Assembly (NCBI RefSeq): GCF_000143415.4
Contig: NW_003314306.1
Location: 402,526-466,525, forward strand
Source of the DNA: Selaginella moellendorffii
Lineage: Eukaryota; Plantae; Lycopodiophyta
Reading direction: 5' to 3'
Length of the DNA stretch: 64,000 nucleotides
In this document: positions 61,368-64,000 of the stretch, piece after piece
Numbering within the stretch: the stretch's first letter is position 1
Layout of the letters: every line of letters begins with the position of its first letter
Made by a program: the position numbers and the translations under genes
The notes under the pieces: model-generated
What the model was told of the DNA's origin: nothing
Database searches by the model: none
Seen by the model: the letters and a program-made list of their open reading frames with translations, nothing else

Positions 61368-63248
61368 ATGGCCATGGTAGCGCGCATTTGGTCTTCATCT
61401 CTATTTCCAAAGGCGCTGTCCAAGAAATCGGCGAGGTAACTGCATTGGAGAGAAGAAGAGGATCAAGATTTGGAGGTGTGACTCTCTTTTAGGCAGATCT
61501 TGCTCGCAAATGGCGTCGTCCCAGCAAGAGCATTGCTCCACCAAGCAGTCGTCGCTACTCCCTGGCTGCGCGGATTCCAATGGCACCTCGCTCTTTGCAA
61601 AAATGTTCGCTACAACAGCTGGTAAGTGCGTGATTGTCTCGATCGAAGTTTTTTTCTTCTTTGATTTTCTTCTTCAAGCAAGGAGATAATTTTCTTTCTT
61701 CTCTTTGCTTTTTCCATAGCAGCTTGTTCTTTCCTCTTTTCTTTCTGCTCGTCCCAAGTTTTTTTGTTTTGTTCTCCTGAGGAGCGTGATTGTCTCGAGC
61801 GAAATTTTCTTCTTCTTTGATCTTCTTGTCGAACAACGATTCCTGTTGCTTTTTCATGGCAGCTTGTTCTTTTCTTCTTTACTTTCGTGGTGCTCGTCTC
61901 ATGTTTCTTGTTTTGTTTTCCTCAGGAGCTGGAAACTATCGGAGTCTTCCGGCACAAACTAGTACAGGCGATTTAACCGTCTCGTCCCTCGGACTAGGAA
62001 CATACCTCGGTCCAGAGACCGATGTCGCGGATGAAGAGTACAAAAACGCTGTTTTGCGTGCTCTGGCGCTCGGGATCAATGTGCTTGACTCGTAAGTTTG
62101 ATCGCAACATTTTCATTTCGATCTTCTCCTGATCGATGCTTTGCCTGTTCTGTGTAGAGCGATAAACTACAGGAACATGAGGAGCGAGAGAGCCATAGGA
62201 CTCGCTCTTGCTGAGGCCGTGTCCCGGGGAGTGGTAAAGAGAAATCAAGTCGTGGTTTGTACCAAGGGTGGCTTCTTAAGCTTTGATACAATCCGTCCTC
62301 CAAATCCTCGGGGCTGGATCGAAGAAAATTATGTCCGGCCTGGTATTTTTGCGTGGGAGGACTTCGTGGCTGGCTGTCACTGCATGAAACCAGAATACAT
62401 CAAGAATCAGGTTGGAAGTTTTATGTATCTAGAACTTGACTCCTCTTTTTGTTTTCTTCTTTTGTTTTGTAGCTAGACAAGAGTCGAGCCAATCTGGGCT
62501 TAGAAACCATTGACGTTTACTACATCCACAATCCAGAAACTCAGCTCGGGGAGGTGTCCCGTGAAGAGTTTTACAAGCGGATCAAGGCTGCGTTTACGGT
62601 GCTGGAAGAAGCTTGTAACGAAGGCAAGGTTGGGATCTATGGGATCGCAACATGGAATGGATTTCGAGTTCCACCCGAGTCGAAGGGCCACCTTTCACTG
62701 GAAGAACTAGTTCGCGCTGCGTATGAAGCTGGTCAGTCGTTTCACTTGTTTGTAATGGTTTTTGTTCTGATCAAAGGTTTTTTGCTTGTTTTCCAGGAGG
62801 AGAAAGACACCACTTTAAGATCCTTCAGCTCCCATACAACATGGCGCTTCAGGAAGCAGCGAATAGCCAAACGCAGCTCGTGCAAGGGATCAAAATGACA
62901 TTGTTGCAAGCCGCGAAAGAGCTTGGTATCTCAGTCGCGACTTCAGCATCGCTGATGCAGGCAAGTTCTCATGGAAAAGCTTGCACTTTTTCTTCTCTTT
63001 TTTCTTGCTTCGGTTCTTATAATGGCTCGTTTCGTTAGGCAAAGCTTTGTAACTCTATCCCGGCCGAGGTCCTCAAAGAATTCTCCCAAGGCGACAAGGC
63101 GCTCACTGGCGCTCAGTGTGCCTTACAGTTCGTGCGAACCACGCCAAACGTTCTTGTAGCACTCGCGGGCATGCGCAGAGTAGAGCACGTCGAAGAGAAC
63201 GCCAAGCTCATCGAGCTTTCGGCGGAGCCCAGCACACTTCACAATTGA
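61368..63248 (+). CDS. Aldo-keto reductase with N-terminal transit-like extension, multi-exon
   Basis: SSLGLGTYLG, GINVLDSAINYRNMRSE, VCTKGG, IDVYYIHNPE (D/Y/K/H tetrad) and GMRRVEHVEEN. Includes a GC-AG intron at 62961-63038. Confidence 0.92.
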
Positions 63249-63300
63249 AAACACCATTTCTTCGGTATGTCTTGAACCGGAATTATATTTCTATCGCAAG

Positions 63301-64000
63301 CTATAGCCTGGAGACATTAACTTTGATACCATTCACCATTGCTAACACCATGAGCAGCCTGTAGTGGACAACGTGATCCTTCACTAGCTCAAAGTTAAAG
63401 AACCTCATGAGCATCGCGGCAGTGATCTTGGCCTGCAAGTAAGCGGCATCCTTTCCCAAGCAAATTCTCGGCCCGGCCTGGTAGAGTTTTCAAGTTTTAG
63501 CCGTGATGAACTAGAGATAAAGAGAGATCTCTCATACCTGGAATGCGGTGTAGACGAATGGTGATTGAGGCTGGTATTCGGAGTTTTTAATCCACCTCTC
63601 CGGCTTAAACTCTAGAGCGTCAGGTCCCCACAGAAACTCCATTCTTCCCATGGAGTATTGCACGTAAGCCACAGAATCCCCACGTTTAACTTTAGTCCCG
63701 TCCGGAAGAACATCATCGTTGGCTGCATACTTTCCATCCTGGAGAAAGCTCAAGTTAGTCAGCTTTTTACTGGTGTAAAGAAAGCTTGGTGGGACTTACT
63801 CGTGGTACCGGCGGGTATAAACGAAGAGTCTCGCTGATGCACGCGTGCAAGTAGTGAAGCGTGCGAAGATTCTCAGTGGAGAGGAGCTGTGCGAAGGCAC
63901 TGAAAGTCAGTGTGTTGCTCTCACTCCCAAAGGTCCGGTCTAACTCGAGGCGAATCTCTTTGGCCACTCGAGGATTGTTGCAAATGCAGTAGATAAACCA
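63301..64000 (-). CDS. Cytochrome P450, CYP86 clan (CYP704-like), 3' part
   Basis: [10 protein letters not shown] (ExxR), DDVLPDG, FKPERW and the heme motif [10 protein letters not shown]. The stop is at 63301 and the gene continues past the window end. Confidence 0.93.

Overview
Eukaryotic land-plant nuclear DNA. The very short introns (mostly 45-80 nt), tight gene packing and GC-rich exons suggest a compact non-seed plant genome such as the lycophyte Selaginella (inference only). About 1-22.9 kb is an AT-rich, CpG-depleted transposon graveyard with one intact gene, an HCF152-like PPR protein. It also holds a gypsy LTR-PBS-gag-protease remnant, two decayed paralogues of a small secreted Cys-protein gene, a TPR pseudogene fragment and a complete but degenerate minus-strand chromovirus (14875-21143). 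The chromovirus is inserted into an older gag remnant and carries a 484-bp TRIM-like element inside its RT. About 23-64 kb is gene-dense, with AT-rich gaps near 36.5-45 kb. In order it contains: FAD6, a HAM-type GRAS factor with a perfect miR171 site and a uORF chain, a PLP-dependent MoCo-sulfurase-like protein, DUF599, a small ORF whose start appears frameshifted, an EngA/Der GTPase, F-box SKIP5, DUF3511, NPC1 (~35 tiny introns), a BTB/POZ protein, a PAP14/ORG1-like kinase-fibrillin, an aldo-keto reductase and the 3' part of a CYP704-like P450. Exon boundaries were read by eye and no database searches were run; family names are from recalled motifs.
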